Shown here: one piece after another, positions 28,155-41,030 of the stretch
Layout: every line of letters starts with the position of its first letter
Position numbering within the stretch: position 1 is the stretch's first letter
Assembly (NCBI GenBank): GCA_051294905.1
Contig: CM119372.1
Coordinates: forward strand, 18,726,001-18,786,000
Direction: 5' to 3'
Length of the DNA stretch: 60,000 nt
DNA from: Botryllus schlosseri
Lineage: Eukaryota
Notes under the pieces: generated by a model
Databases searched by the model: none
Told to the model about the DNA's origin: nothing
What the model saw: only the letters and a program-made list of their open reading frames with translations
Made by a program: the position numbers and the translations under genes

Positions 28155-30194
28155 TTAAAGCAAAAACATTTTATTTTCAGTGATATAGTCAGATACGGTA
28201 TTACGAAGCTATAGGCATATCTGGGGAATCCAAATAAAAAAAATAAAAAAACAGACGGCTTGGAATTTCCACGCACTCTACATGCACACTGAATGCTGTC
28301 ATACCATAAATTTTGACTACGTCGTTGAGTCGATTTAGTTACAATTAAGATTGACCGATTTCAAACTTTATTCAACGTCCCATTACAAATTAACAACGTC
28401 ACGCCCACATTCGAAATTCCAAACTCCTGGTAGATAAGTGGTGCGACGCAATCGGTATAAATATCACGTTATTTTGCAATTGTTCTGAACAATGGCAGTT
28501 TAGAATTCGTGCCAATAGCTTTGGCATATGGGATATGAAACTGTTTTTACAAAATTTGTGGCCACAGGCTATAAAATGACCCAAATTGTCGCCGCATTTG
28601 TTGGGTTTCAAGTGATAAGCATTACACAAATATACTTGGGCTATAGTACTAATCAAATCTCATGCAAATTTGCTTTTGCTTGGATTTCAGCAGTGTTGAG
28701 ATCAAGTCACCACCTTTGAGCTGGGTTGGAATACTGTTACATTTAGCGTAGATAATTTGGGGTGCCAAGACGGCTCTCGGCGTCACACCTATCTTTAGTC
28801 AGTAGTATCTTTATGGTGCACGAGACACCGATTCCATATTGGCCTTCAAGGCACAAGTCACATCAATACATTTCACATTTTGACACGAGTCAAGCACTGG
28901 ATATTCGGAGGCGACTCGGCACATGACATAGCATTTCGCAAGAAGATTGAAGTACGGATTGTCAATCATGCAAGCCAAATCCAGGACTCGAGATTCGCAT
29001 TGAGACTGGACCACATTGAGATTGGACTGATTATAGTATAACAGCTGTACAAGGTAGGCCTATTATAGCATTAGCCTATAACAAAACACCATAAAAACAA
29101 AAAATCACACGTGCGCGGGGGATTTTAAAAATCCACTCAACGCATCTGTGAACTAAATACACAATTATGAAGGTCCGATATCCGTTTCAAGAAATCCTGA
29201 AAATCAGGATCTTCAGCTTTGGATGTATAGGCCTCTATGTAAAATGCAGATTTGTAACAGCTATTCTACAATGAATCTTATGGATTCATACTATATTTGG
29301 ATATTGTTAAGGTTTCTCTATTCGATCAGCATTACTTAACTAGGGCCTAGGCCAATTCGTCGAATTCTCCAATCAACAGTAAAAGTTTGATGTGTAAGAT
29401 AATATAGGACATTACGTATACTCAAGACACATCATCGTTATCTTAGGCAAAGTCTATGATTAGCATGTCACAAATCGAAATACAGCAGTCAATATTACCA
29501 CAGGGTCGGAAGCGTAAAACAATCTAGCCTGAAGTCCTGAAACAACACGTAACAAATTCACTAGATAGGAGAAGGTCGGAAAATAAGCGCTAATGAAGAA
29601 TTCGGACTTTCTACAGGGTTGGTGCGATGACATGCAAAATAAGGTCAAAAACATGCAAAATAAGGTCAGTCGCGACATGCAAAATAAGGTCAGTCACATG
29701 CAAAATAAGGTCAGTCGCGACATGCAAAATAAGGTCAGTCCGCGCATAAATCCAAATCTGTACTTCAATTACAAATCCAACTCTTTTTCTTATGAAAACG
29801 AAATTCAAAATATCTTTCCTGTATAGTAGCCTACTTTCAACATTGAAATTCCTTGTCTATATCCTAAATTTTAAGATGTTTCAATCAAAAGATAATCATG
29901 ATTTTCTTGATTATGAAGTCAGTCGCATGTACAATATTATTATCAGTCCGCGCATAAATCCAAATCCTTATTTCAATTACAAATTCAACTCTTTCTCTTA
30001 TGAAAAATAAATTTAAAATATCTTTCCTACCATGATTGACATTCCTCATCTATATCCTAAATCGCTGAAGATGTTTCAACAAAATATAATCAGACGATTA
30101 TTACGATTACGAGGTGAGCCGCATATAGAATATAAACAGTACGCGTATATATCCAAATATTTACTTCAAATCCAACTTTTTTTTCTTATGCCAC

Positions 30195-31105
30195 TGACCT
30201 TAGTCTGCACTCTTCATGTGGCGACTGACCGTGTTTCGCATGCGACTGACCTTATTCTGCATGTGACTGACCTTATTTTGCATGTCGCGATTGACCTTAT
30301 TTTGCATGTGACTGACCTTATTTTGCATGTGACTGACCTTATTTTGCATGCGACTGACCTTATTTTGCATGTCGCGATTGACCTTATTTTGCATGTGACT
30401 GACCTTATTTTGCATGTGACTGACCTTATTTTGCATGTCGCGATTGACCTTATTTTGCATGTGACTGACCTTATTTTGCATGTCGCGATTGACCTTATTT
30501 TGCATGTGACTGACCTTATTTTGCATGTGACTGACCTTATTTTGCATGTGACTGACCTTATTTTGCATGTCGCGATTGACCTTATTTTGCATGTGACTGA
30601 CCTTATTTTGCATGTCGCGATTGACCTTATTTTGCATGTGACTGACCTTATTTTGCATGTCGCGATTGACCTTATTTTGCATGTGACTGACCTTATTTTG
30701 CATGTGACTGACCTTATTTTGCATGTGACTGACCTTATTTTGCATGTCGCGATTGACCTTATTTTGCATGTGACTGACCTTATTTTGCATGTCGCGATTG
30801 ACCTTATTTTGCATGTGACTGACCTTATTTTGCATGTCGCGATTGACCTTATTTTGCATGTGACTGACCTTATTTTGCATGCGACTGAACTTATTCTGCA
30901 TATCGTGACTGACCTTATTTTGCATGCGACTGACCTTATTTTACATGTGACTGACCTTATTTTGCATGAGACTGACCATTCTGCATGTCGCGACTGACCT
31001 TATTTTGCATGCGACTGACCTTATTCTGCATGTGGCGACTGATCTTATTTTGCATGTGACTGACCTATTCTGCGTGTAACGACTTATTGCGACCTTATTT
31101 TGCAT
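30195..31105. repeat. Left inner tandem array of 21/24-bp units (tgaccttattttgcatgtgac / tgaccttattttgcatgtcgcgat)
   Basis: About 40 direct units; the source of the spurious LILHVTD and MQNKVSH ORFs. Confidence 0.95.
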
Positions 31106-31111
31106 ATCGCC

Positions 31112-31703
31112 CAGGGTTGTAATGACTCGAGTCATGACTCGACTCGAGTCTGACTCGAGTCACGATTTTATGATGACTCGACTTGACTCGAGTCATTTTC
31201 TCAAAATACGGAAATGACTCGACTCGAGTCAATCTGTGTATTGACTCGACTTGGACTCGAGTCATTGGGCATGACTCGAACCAAGTCATATGACTCGAGA
31301 CTCAGACGGTCAAGACCGACATTTCATTGTAATTTCGAAGCATAGTAAAGTAACCACACTATTGGGATTTCGTCTATTGGTACTGGTACTTGAAAATGCG
31401 ATCAGAAACTGCTAAAAACGAGGAAAATTAATATATTTTAAAAACGAGCCATTCGATATCGCCAACCAGAGTTATAAAAAGTGGATTTAACAATATTTTA
31501 ACTGGAAAACTGGACAGTCAACACAATGACTTGGACTCGACTCGAGTTATAATACCATGACTCGGACTCAAACCTCTGCTCGCTGACTTGGACTCGGACT
31601 TGACTCGGTGGTGACTTGAAAATGACTCGACTTGTTTCGAGTAAAAACTATAAAAGTGAGATTGACTTGTGACTCGGAGCCTTGAGACTTGGTTACAACC
31701 CTG
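31112..31703. mobile_element. GACTCGAGTC-rich hAT-like MITE inserted at the inner end of the left FB arm
   Basis: cagggttgtaa...ttacaaccctg; flanks atatcgcc / atatcacc. Confidence 0.85.
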
Positions 31704-34039
31704 ATATCACCAAAACATATAAATTCGCGGACGGGTATATAATTTTCGTCATGTTTCACGCGGAATATATGTATGGCGTGACCAATCTGCTTCCACTAAA
31801 GTCTAGTTCAATATAATTTAGGTAGTGGTTGTGTGGTTCATGCGCGAAATTTGAGGGCACATAGTCGCTCATATAACGGTTTCGTCACAGCAAATATAGC
31901 TCAGCAATGAGTTTTGAATTCTACGATCTACCACATTTTCAGTTGCCTTCGTAAGCCTAATGGCGTGAAGCGCCACCCACACAATTTCAGTTTAAATTTA
32001 GCTCAACTATATTGTTTAAATAGGACAATAAACAGAGTAGCCTAATTACCATGGAACTAGAGGCGAATTTTTTAGTTAACTGCAACTTGGCGCCCCCTTC
32101 AGAAGCTTTACATCCCCCCAGTTAAAATAACTAGTATAGAACCTCGTAGCAAAGATATTTATAACATGATGCGGACGAGTCGTCAAGCTGTTTGAAATAC
32201 ATTTCTGCCTGGGATGAAGTAACTAACATAAACCGCACATTCCGCATATTTTCATCATTTTGAAACTGCGATGCAATGAGAAGATAGGAAGGTGTCGAAA
32301 CGACTTGGAGTATTCTTTGAAATCAGGCACCACCTAGGCGAAGTAGAGAAGAGGCAAGCACACTAAATGAAAAGTAAAAGAAGATAGTATAGAAAAAATG
32401 GGGTGGCATGTGGCGGCAGGCGAGGTCGATATGTTAGTTCGTGGTCCGGTAATCCTGAAGGCTGACTAATAGTAGGCCTATTCATCTAGAAGAAATTGCT
32501 TGTATTTCGACTTGAATTCGGGCATGCTCGACGATTGTCGTATAGCCGGGAGATGCTGTTCCACCACTACAGGTCCGGCATACTTAGCGCAATGCGTTTT
32601 CTTGTATTCCACCCTGATCATATGGTATTTGTTCTTCGTTTACGCATATGTCAGTTTCCAGGTTTTGACGGGCAGTGAGAGAACATTTATAACTGCTTTT
32701 CAAAACTACTTACTTGAGTATACAGAGTCGCCTAATTCTACTTAAGGATGGTTTTGTCTGCTTCGAAAATAACTTCTAGCCTACTCGTACTTAAGAATGA
32801 TTATACGTCGCTACTTCTACTTGAGTAGCCTTCTTGATTACATCGACCACCTCTTACGGTTCGCAGTGATCAGAGGTCACTACCTTCTAAATTGCAACAT
32901 GCATCTTCGTAGCTAATGCAAAATTACTATGACATAACAAGTAGCTGCCATGTTCGAAAATAATTCGTAATTCGGAGCCTATTTCACGCAGTGCTGGTGA
33001 CAATTTCACTGATGAAAGTGATGCAAATTCATCACAAAACAACTTTTAAAATTGATAAGTTAATTTGTTTTGCCTAAAACTGTCCAAGTAGAAGTGGTCT
33101 AAAACAGTGGTTCTCAACCGCCGGTCCAATATTATTCAAATTGGCGTGGTCAGTTTATCCACGGCTTTCGGCACGAAACGCTGTAATCGAATCTCGGCGG
33201 CAGCATGTTTATCTGGGCCAGGCAATTTTATCTAGTCTAAGCAGAGTTGATAGCGTAAAATTATGTGGAGCCCATAATGAACATATTTGATTACGAACTA
33301 AAACCACAAAATGTCACTCTAGGACAGGGGTGGGCAATTATTTTTCTCTGCGGGCCAAATGAGAAGCAGAAAATACGTTAGCGGGACGAGTCAAAATTTT
33401 AGCTATATTTTCAAGCGTATGAATTTTATTTCTAAATTGGAAGCAGTGAATGCCATTGTTCAGTGGATATGTCGATATATATCGCTAATAATCTCATCCA
33501 CGAAGGCCTCGACGCGACGATTGTTCACAACGTTCACGTTCAGTGATGTTCAGCGCAGGAACTTCGGTAAAACACGTTAGTAGTTATATAGATCGCTCGC
33601 GAACTAGCGTTGTGGCTTATGGGCGGGGTGGTGACCTGCCTCAAAACCCGGGGTGATGACCCCACCCTTTTAGACCCCCCTTGTGGTGGTGACCTGCCAT
33701 TGTTTCTTATGGGTGCGGTGATGACACCACCCTTTCAGGTATAGGCTGCGGCGATGATATACCTTGAAAACTCGTGTTGGTGACCCCACCCTTTCGGTAT
33801 AGGCTGCGGCGATGACCTCCATGGCTTGTTTGGTAGTGAACTAACGTTGTGGTTATAGACCGCGGGGTCTTTTCGCGCTGTGCCTATTGATTCCTACGTA
33901 ACCTGAATAGCACGCCGACTTTCAGATCGGGTTATTCACACCTTGTATACCGCTGTTTCGCACCTACAGAATAGTCTGCTGTTCACAGTCGTGACTTCAC
34001 CGCGATAGCGCAATTTTCGAATCAGTCGCATGGTAATGT

Positions 34040-34600
34040 TTTGCTATTTAGTTTACCACAGAGCCGGTGTAGACGACGATTCGAATACCAACAATAGCCG
34101 CGTTCACATACTAACACTCCAAAAAGGTGTGAAATATTTCCTACGACCACTCACAAGATAGCACATCAGAATACTCATCTCTCGTGGTTTGATGTTACAA
34201 AGATAGGAATCACGCACAAGTAATATTTTGGTAATAAGTTTGTCACATAACCGGCGTAGACGGTGATACCAACAATAGCCGCGTTCACAAACTAACACTT
34301 CAAAAAGGTGTGAAATAGGTTGCAAACCCCGCGATCGCTGACAAGATATTGTCTCGGACATAACCATCTTTCGCGACTTGCTGTTACATACATTCCAATC
34401 ACTCACAAGATACTATTTTGGTACTTAGTTTGTCACAGAACCGGATTTCACTGGTAAAATTTAATAAGTAACGAATAACAGAGCCGGCGTAGACGGTGAT
34501 TCGAATACCGACAAATTTTCACTTATTTCTGCCCCAACCCTAATCCTCTGTGAAGTTGACGCTTATTCAAAAAAGGTGTGAAATAATTGTAAAATCCTAC
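34040..34600. repeat. Degenerate ~190-bp tandem repeat, ~3 copies
   Basis: Recurring ccgg(c/t)gtagacg..gat, aacaatagccgcgttcaca and aaaaggtgtgaaata motifs; the last occurs at ~34122, ~34303 and ~34570. Confidence 0.7.
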
Positions 34601-37600
34601 GTCGGTGACGCGATAATGCATCAGACATAGCGATCTAATTATAGTACGGTGTCGGAATCCATTCGCGAGATGTTCTATAGGTAAATTGAGATAATCCGAA
34701 ACGAAATATTTTGACTTTGGTGTAGTGTGAATTGAAATAGGATTGACAAACATGACTATCAACTTTCCCACAGTCCCATATTGATATTATACGCACATTG
34801 ATTTGAAACAAGTAATGGAACATTGCAACTCTATTCGCGATCCGACTTTTCGTTTGTCAAAGCGACATTTTAACATCTTACCATACTCAAAAGAATTATT
34901 TACAACATTTACAAGTGTTCAAAATCTAGTTTTCACTTACTTGATTATATCGCTGCAACCCACAAATTTGAATTAATTCATCCTGGTTGTATTCGTATGA
35001 TCGGTCTTTTTTATTCAATTGTAAAGGTCGTTACTATTCTGAAGACAAAGTAAGCTATTTACTAATCGACACATAAATGACTTGACATAAACATATTATA
35101 TTTTGAGTATACGAGATTTGAATGTCTGAACAATAACTGAGAAATAATTTATCACAATAAAATACGTATATTACAGCGTAAAAGATGTTTGAATGTCAGC
35201 AACTCTGTACGGTCATAGTTACTACCACTAATTTACCCGACCAACTCGTCATGATCATTCCTGAAATCAACACAAATATGACCACTGACTTGAGTTAACC
35301 ACAAAACAGCATCAAGTTTTAAATCCACTCGTAGCTTACGGATTATTTGAATGCTGGTTATGTTTTGTTGTAATTGAGTTAACGAAATAGTATTACGTCT
35401 CGACATCTTACCATCTTACCATATTCAAAGAATCAACCACGAAAACATTGTCAAGTAAATCCGTTAACCGACCAACTCAAACAGTATCAATACGAAAAAC
35501 AACCAAACATACACGAATCCATACAATCACTAAAACCTAAAATCCATAACGAACTCGGTTGTATTCATATCCCAACTCATCTTTTTTATTCAACTTGAAA
35601 AGTCGTCACTATTCTGTAAGATAGAGGAATTACTACGCGGTATATTCTGCAAGACAAACTAATTATTACTCGGTATATTTTGTAAGACAAAGTAAATACT
35701 ACTCGGTGTGCGGTTTGGGATTAACATAATATGTTTGAGTAAACGAGATTTGCCAGTCTAACCGTCGTAGTTGAGAATTCATTTCTTACAATCGAACGCC
35801 GGTGCTACATTGAAAGTTATCATGTTGTAAACATCCTTATTGACACATTGATTTGACATATGTAATAGTTGATCATGACTTGATTATTAAATTATTTGCG
35901 TTAATTAGATCTGCATTGTGGTAAATGTTATGACAGCAACAAACTTTTCAGTACCAATGTTATTAACATATTAAGCTGTAAAACTATGTGTGTCTGAAAT
36001 GTTCTTGATAGGAAAATTACTCCACCTTGGTAAAAATCACCCTGCGTATCGCAGATATCAGAAAATATTTCCAGTAACCAAGACTAAAGATGACACAACA
36101 ATTTCGTTATTCAAACATTGAACACCCGATGCAAAATGCTTTATTGGTCAAATTCGCAACGGTTAATTGAAACGACTAAGTGTAGAGTCAGTATATCACA
36201 ATGGGACGTCGTTACTATTGAATCCAGCAATTGATACGATTTATTGTCGGGATTTGTGACAGCGCATTGAAACATACACAACTTACAGAGTGTGAAAATA
36301 TCACTTTGGGTATCGAGTACTGTTTGAAGCGTTTGATCAATACATAATTACGTTCGCACTCTCTAAGACGTTGTGAAGTCTACAGATTTACATTTCAAGA
36401 CTTTGATCAACACAGAAGAAATTTGGAATATCTTTACTGGACGCATCCTATTCTACTAGACTTGAGTAATACACAAAACTCATAGCATTAACAAAATCGC
36501 AATAGGTGCTACACTGAAATCTACAAAATGTGTTTGTATTGCTCAAAGTAGTGATCATAAATTATCATTTGAATAAGTAATTGTAATCATAAAACCAAAC
36601 TTGCGAAAGTCATTACCATAACAAAAGAATATTGTAGGTTGCTTGCTAAATGTATGCCGGAAATATTTGTAGAACGCTCACGACCAAAGAAATCGGAAAT
36701 CTTCCTATTGTCATTCGTCAAAGTATATGTTGACACAATACTCATCCCGTAAAAGATCTTACTTGTATGTGATTGAATCGCCGGTAATTAACTCGCTAAA
36801 TCAAACCATAAGAAAATTTCACTCACTCGATGGATATGAAACAGCGTCGCTTAATCGGTCTATATCGTTTTTCTAAAGGTAAATCATATCCACCCAATAG
36901 AAAACAATTTTCACTAGCTTGATAATGAAACCGAAGTCTTCATTCAACGTTTTGTTTGTGTCAAATACTTTGCAATAAACACATTTGAGTGGTTGGGCTT
37001 TACATCATCAAGCTGTAATCTGTAAATCAAGCTTACATCGATTTGTAACTGTATTGTTTACCTAACCGAGTTGTATGCACAGTTTGATATTTTTGTCTAG
37101 TGATTGCAGAACATACCAAACGATACACATTTACTCCCGAAATACTGCATTGATCTCAATTCCCTTTGTCGTGATAATCGAAGTACATTTGTTTCGAATT
37201 CGTAACAACCGGCGTTTCTATGACACGATAAATTTTGACAAGTTATGCTCAGAAGATTGGTTGGATATCGCGAAAAATAATATACTACACACATTGATCC
37301 TGTTAATCGGTATTTTCACGCGAGTCGATTTTCAAACGAGTAAAATTTATTACTTGAGTTGTTCCGCTTACTATATTTAAATGTAAACTCAGCCATCTTT
37401 CAACAACAAACAATGATAAAAAAGTACGCAATCAAACACAACACTTTGTACGACACTAATTATTATTCCACACATCTCATTTCATACTAAGTTTCATACT
37501 ACGAAAGATATTCGTGACACATGAAAATATTCGCTTATGCTACGAACATACGCAATGATTGGTGACGCTTTCAAACTGTCTCGATATCACAAGAACTTTA

Positions 37601-38629
37601 TTGTCTGAATGGGTGTTCATGTATCTTAATAATCAAATAGTTCAACACAGAACTAGTACTAACAGAAACATCAGAGTTGTTTACACAAAAGTTTGTATGT
37701 GTACAGTATGCGAATACCATGTGTAAGTCCAGCGCAATTGCGGCATCCATCCGAGTTTAGTTAACACAATTTACGACACCGAGGTCACCTCATCTTTCGT
37801 AAAACAACAAACCAACCAAGGCTTCAGGATATGTCCTTGTCATAGCAATAAATCAGCTACTCCAACAACAGAGTACATATATTTTCTAGTTACGGAACTT
37901 ACATCTACTTTGCTAACGAAAAGTGCCGAGTCATCACATGGTTGTCCTCACAACAATACAACTAAAACATACTAGCATACAAAATGGTCGTTATAGTTTG
38001 CACACCAACGTTACATCGTACAAGTAAAAAGTCTTGAGGATCGAGTTATTGAAAAAAACTTTAAAGTGTGTCTCCTGCACCAAGTCGTTATCTTGACGAA
38101 AGCGTATATTGCAATACCATGATCGATTTGCATTCGTCGGTCACAAACTGTCACTACTCTAAATAATTATTTTTCACTCAAACACAAAAGTATACTTGTC
38201 ACCATTCGTTTTCATCAAGCATGAGTTCAAGAAACTTACTTACTACGACATGAATAGTTATTTTTATGTTGTGTAAATAGGTAATAATAAATTTTAGTAA
38301 CACTATATCAACATCATCGAGTTGTGCGAATAGATTTACACGTGGTCTTGTGGTTTTAATCGAAGTACACATCCCGGTCTAATGTAGAGTCATCTCTATT
38401 GTACAGCAACTCGGTAATCGAAATACATTAAAATTTAAACAGCGATCTTGTTTCGTCACGTGAAAAATATGTTCACTATCGCGATACTCTGCACATGACG
38501 TGCAAATCCTTTTCACACTCGTAATAGTATACCAACAGCTACCGGCGACAACGTTTAACAACACCAACGACACTAAACATACGATACCTACCCAAGTATA
38601 ATTACCATTTTCAGCTGGAGGTCTGTCGT

Positions 38630-39020
38630 TTCCTAGAGTAACAAAACCCCTTTCCTTTGGAAATCTATTTCCCCCCTGGGTAACAAACCTTTTTCACGTG
38701 GAAATATATTTCTTCCCCGGGTAACAAACCTTTTTCACTTGGAAATACATTTTTTTCATGAGCAACAAACCATTTTCACTTTGTAGTCCGTCGTTTACCC
38801 GAGTAAAAATGTCATTTTCCTTTCGAGATCCAGCGTTTACCCAGTGTAACTATACATTTTCACTTGGAAAAATACTTTTACCTAGAGTAACTAAGCATTT
38901 TCTCTTGGGTAACAAACCCTTTTCGTCTGGAAACTATCATTTACCTGAGTACCAATATACCGTTTCACTTGGAAATCTATCTTCTCCCTAGGCAACAATA
39001 TCATTTTCGTTTTGGAAACT
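38630..39020. repeat. Degenerate ~40-bp minisatellite
   Basis: About 10 copies of gtaacaaacc(t)ttttcacttggaaat-like units. Confidence 0.75.
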
Positions 39021-40374
39021 GACAACCACACCGGACAATTTGATATTTTTGTATATTGTTACAACGGGCAGTGACAAAATATACACCAACAACGACCCCG
39101 ATACATTTGTCTAATCAAATATTCACTTGCTCTGATGCATCCCATCAAAATCATTGGTTACTCACATACAATAACAATGAGCTATTGTACATCGATATGT
39201 ATGTTTTCGGAATTGGCGAATAAAGGGGTTGCCGATATGTCCTTGATGTCCGGGTTCGTGCTTTGGATTTTCCAGAGTCAAAATGTCTGAATAAAACACC
39301 TCCTCGACTTTGGTAACTGGTTGATACACGGATAATGGTGTTCGGAAAACGGATGAATTTATGTTCCCCATCGCGCTAACAACTCCCGGTTTCCTCAGGC
39401 CTGTTTACTATATTGTGTCTTTACTGATCAATACATGTCGCTCTAGTCAGCTGAAACCGGATCACTAATATGAGAAAGTGTGTGGGGGGGGGCCTGATCC
39501 GGATATTCACTCATGAACCAACGACCAATATTCAAGTTACAGACCGTGTTTTGTCTCCATGAAAAATACCAATGCATACACCACATCAAGTACTGAGATC
39601 GTCATCGTGTATTTGTCATTTTTATATCATTTGATATAAATTTCGAGCCCAATAAATTTATTTTTATCCGCTCAAGACACACATACACATGGCATACCCG
39701 ATATAATGAACGGATAGAAGATTGCTGAAACGATATGTCCTGGCCTGATTTCATATTGTTCGCTATATATCTTTAGACGCTTCTTCTTGCTCTCTTTATT
39801 CACTTTATATTTTGTATTACTTTGTATTCGTCATTCACCTGGTTTTTCTTGAAAAGAAGCTGTATATGAACACTGACGTCTCATCATGTATGCGACGAGG
39901 AGCCCGGACATCAATATACATTATGCAATGCCCGTCCGGCCGAAGATGACAGCAGTCTCAAACCACCTCTTTCAACTTCCAATCCGTACATAAGAAGCAA
40001 ACAATTCAGATTTTCTGGCGCCGGCGGTAATGACGTAATGAACTTACGATTTACATCCTGAATCAAGCATTTCTTCGTAATGGTTGGAAGAACCCACCAC
40101 TACAAAATTGCTCCCGGTCTTCCCCTATATTTGGATATGAAATTTAAATCATAATGTAGGCATGCAGTTTGCAGACAAGCAAAATAGAATTTGGATTTTA
40201 AAATGGCCAAAGGAAATAAATTGAACGTTTCAATTTTCACGAGGACATATACCTGAATTTCCATTCGAATTTTGCAATTTCAATGTTGAAAGTATAGTGT
40301 AGGTAGCAAAATATATAGTTTGATTTCAAGTAGAAAAAAATTGGATTTGAAATTATGATTTATGCGCGGACTGC

Positions 40375-41030
40375 ATGCAGAATAAGGTCAGTCGCGACAT
40401 GCAAAATAAGGTCAGTCACATGCAAAATAAGGTCAATCGCGACATGCAAAATAAGGTCAGTCACATGCAAAATAAGGTCAATCGCGACATGCAAAATAAG
40501 GTCAGTCACATGCAAAATAAGGTCAGTCACATGCAAAATAAGGTCAATCGCGACATGCAAAATAAGGTCAGTCACATGCAAAATAAGGTCAGTGGCGACA
40601 TGCAGAATAAGGTCAGTCACATGCAAAATAAGGTCAATCGCGACATGCAAAATAAGGTCAGTCACATGCAAAATAAGGTCAGTCACATGCAAAATAAGGT
40701 CAATCGCGACATGCAAAATAAGGTCAGTCACATGCAAAATAAGGTCAGTCACATGCAAAATAAGGTCAATCGCGACATGCAAAATAAGGTCAGTCACATG
40801 CAAAATAAGGTCAATCGCGACATGCAAAATAAGGTCAGTCACATGCAAAATAAAAGGTCAGTCACATGCAAAATAAGGTCAAATCGCGACATGCAAAATA
40901 AGGTCAGTCACATGCAAAATAAGGTCAATCGCGACATGCAAAATAAGGTCAGTCACATGCAAAATAAGGTCAGTCGCATGCGAAGCACGGTCAGTCGCCA
41001 CATGAAGAGTGCAGACTAAGGTCAGTGGCA
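40375..41030. repeat. Right inner tandem array of 21/24-bp units (catgcaaaataaggtcagtca / catgcaaaataaggtcaatcgcga)
   Basis: Reverse complement of the left array, ~29 units, different unit order. Confidence 0.95.

Noticed and set aside
30032..30997. 321-aa ORF of LILHVTD repeats, antisense MQNKVSH ORF, and mirror ORFs at 40355-41187
   Set aside because: The 21- and 24-bp repeat units are multiples of 3 and stop-free in several frames on both strands; these are TIR repeats, not genes.
30195..31105. CRISPR-like appearance of regular short repeats
   Set aside because: There are no unique spacers (only two alternating linkers), the context is eukaryotic, and no cas genes are present.
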